From IMG/VR virus record IMGVR_UViG_3300050343_000163: 64,000 bases of DNA; one strand, given 5' to 3'. This document shows, in pieces, positions 63,440 through 64,000 of the stretch. The stretch is from a virus. The translations under genes and the position numbers were made by a program. The first letter of the stretch is position 1, and each line of letters opens with the position of its first letter. The notes under the pieces are model-generated. The model had not been told where the DNA came from, did no database searches, and saw nothing but the letters and a program-made list of their open reading frames with translations.

Positions 63440-64000
63440 TCAAGCCTCGATTGTGATGTACGTAAGGGTTACCTGTATATTATTAGTAGAACCACTTCGG
63501 TTTACAATCTTTGCGTAAGTAGTATTCTGACCAGCACCACCAGAGTTAAAACAAACAACTCCTGGTGTAATCAATTGAGTAGTATTACCAGTTGTGATTA
63601 CCTCTGCAAGAACTCCTGATCCTGGTAAAGGATCATTAGTAATAGCTCTAGTAGAATCATTTGTTCTGCTAGTAGTATCACTATAAAGAGTTACCCATGC
63701 AGCATGTGATGTTGCGATAGAAAGTAATGCATAACCCGAAGGTGTTGTAATAGAAACATCAGAAGAACCTGCATTAGCAATCGATTGTGTTACAGATGCT
63801 GTAGTTCTTGATTGCAATCCACCAGCAGTCCATGTTACACCACCAGCTCCATCACTCGTCAAGACTTGTCCACTAGTACCATTAGTTGATGGATAGGTTA
63901 GACTACCAGCAGTAAGAACACCATTAATAGTTACACCAGTAGAAGTAGTTGCAAGTCTTTCAACTTCTGTAGTGAGACCAGTAGCATAATATAATTTAAT
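63440..64000 (-). CDS. C-terminal part of a fibre-like protein running in from beyond the window
   Basis: Frame open to 64000 (...YPSTNGTSGQVLTSDGAGGVTW...YITIEA). Confidence 0.8.
   Translation of the reverse strand: MKLYYATGLTTEVERLATTSTGVTINGVLTAGSLTYPSTNGTSGQVLTSDGAGGVTWTAGGLQSRTTASVTQSIANAGSSDVSITTPSGYALLSIATSHAAWVTLYSDTTSRTNDSTRAITNDPLPGSGVLAEVITTGNTTQLITPGVVCFNSGGAGQNTTYAKIVNRSGSTNNIQVTLTYITIEA

Noticed and set aside
1-64000. CRISPR array, rRNA, IS element or integrase
   Set aside because: No regularly spaced nucleotide repeats, rRNA-like sequence, transposase or recombinase seen

Overview
Part of a T4-like cyanomyovirus genome (Kyanoviridae-type; psbA plus psbD and cpeT point to a marine Synechococcus-type host), coded mostly on the minus strand. 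Left to right: tail-collar fibre genes and a 4759-aa repeat-rich virion protein; a tRNA/ncRNA island (tRNA-Asn, -Thr, -Leu, probable manA RNA, a tRNA remnant, an HNH gene, a ParB-like gene) with cpeT; small hypotheticals and a mini outer-membrane protein; the baseplate hub block (split gp5, CP12, gp27-like, tape-measure/lysozyme, gp51, gp26, gp54, gp4, gp2, gp48, gp53); gp32, gp33, exonuclease, phoH, thyX; a nitrogen-sensing module; glutaredoxin, psbD, psbA, 2OG-Fe(II) oxygenase, two hli; two convergent late operons of secreted/membrane proteins; and a tail-fibre cluster with a subtilase. Three observations stand out. (1) gp51 has no usable start codon and is reachable from gp26 by a -1 frameshift at U_UUU_UUC followed by a stem, just upstream of the tape-measure gene. 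(2) An NtcA-box promoter drives tandem glutamine-II-type riboswitches, the second carrying a complete 54-codon ORF inside its P2 loop, ahead of a DUF4278 peptide. (3) A seven-gene late envelope module has no known function. Family assignments come from recalled motifs; no database searches were run.
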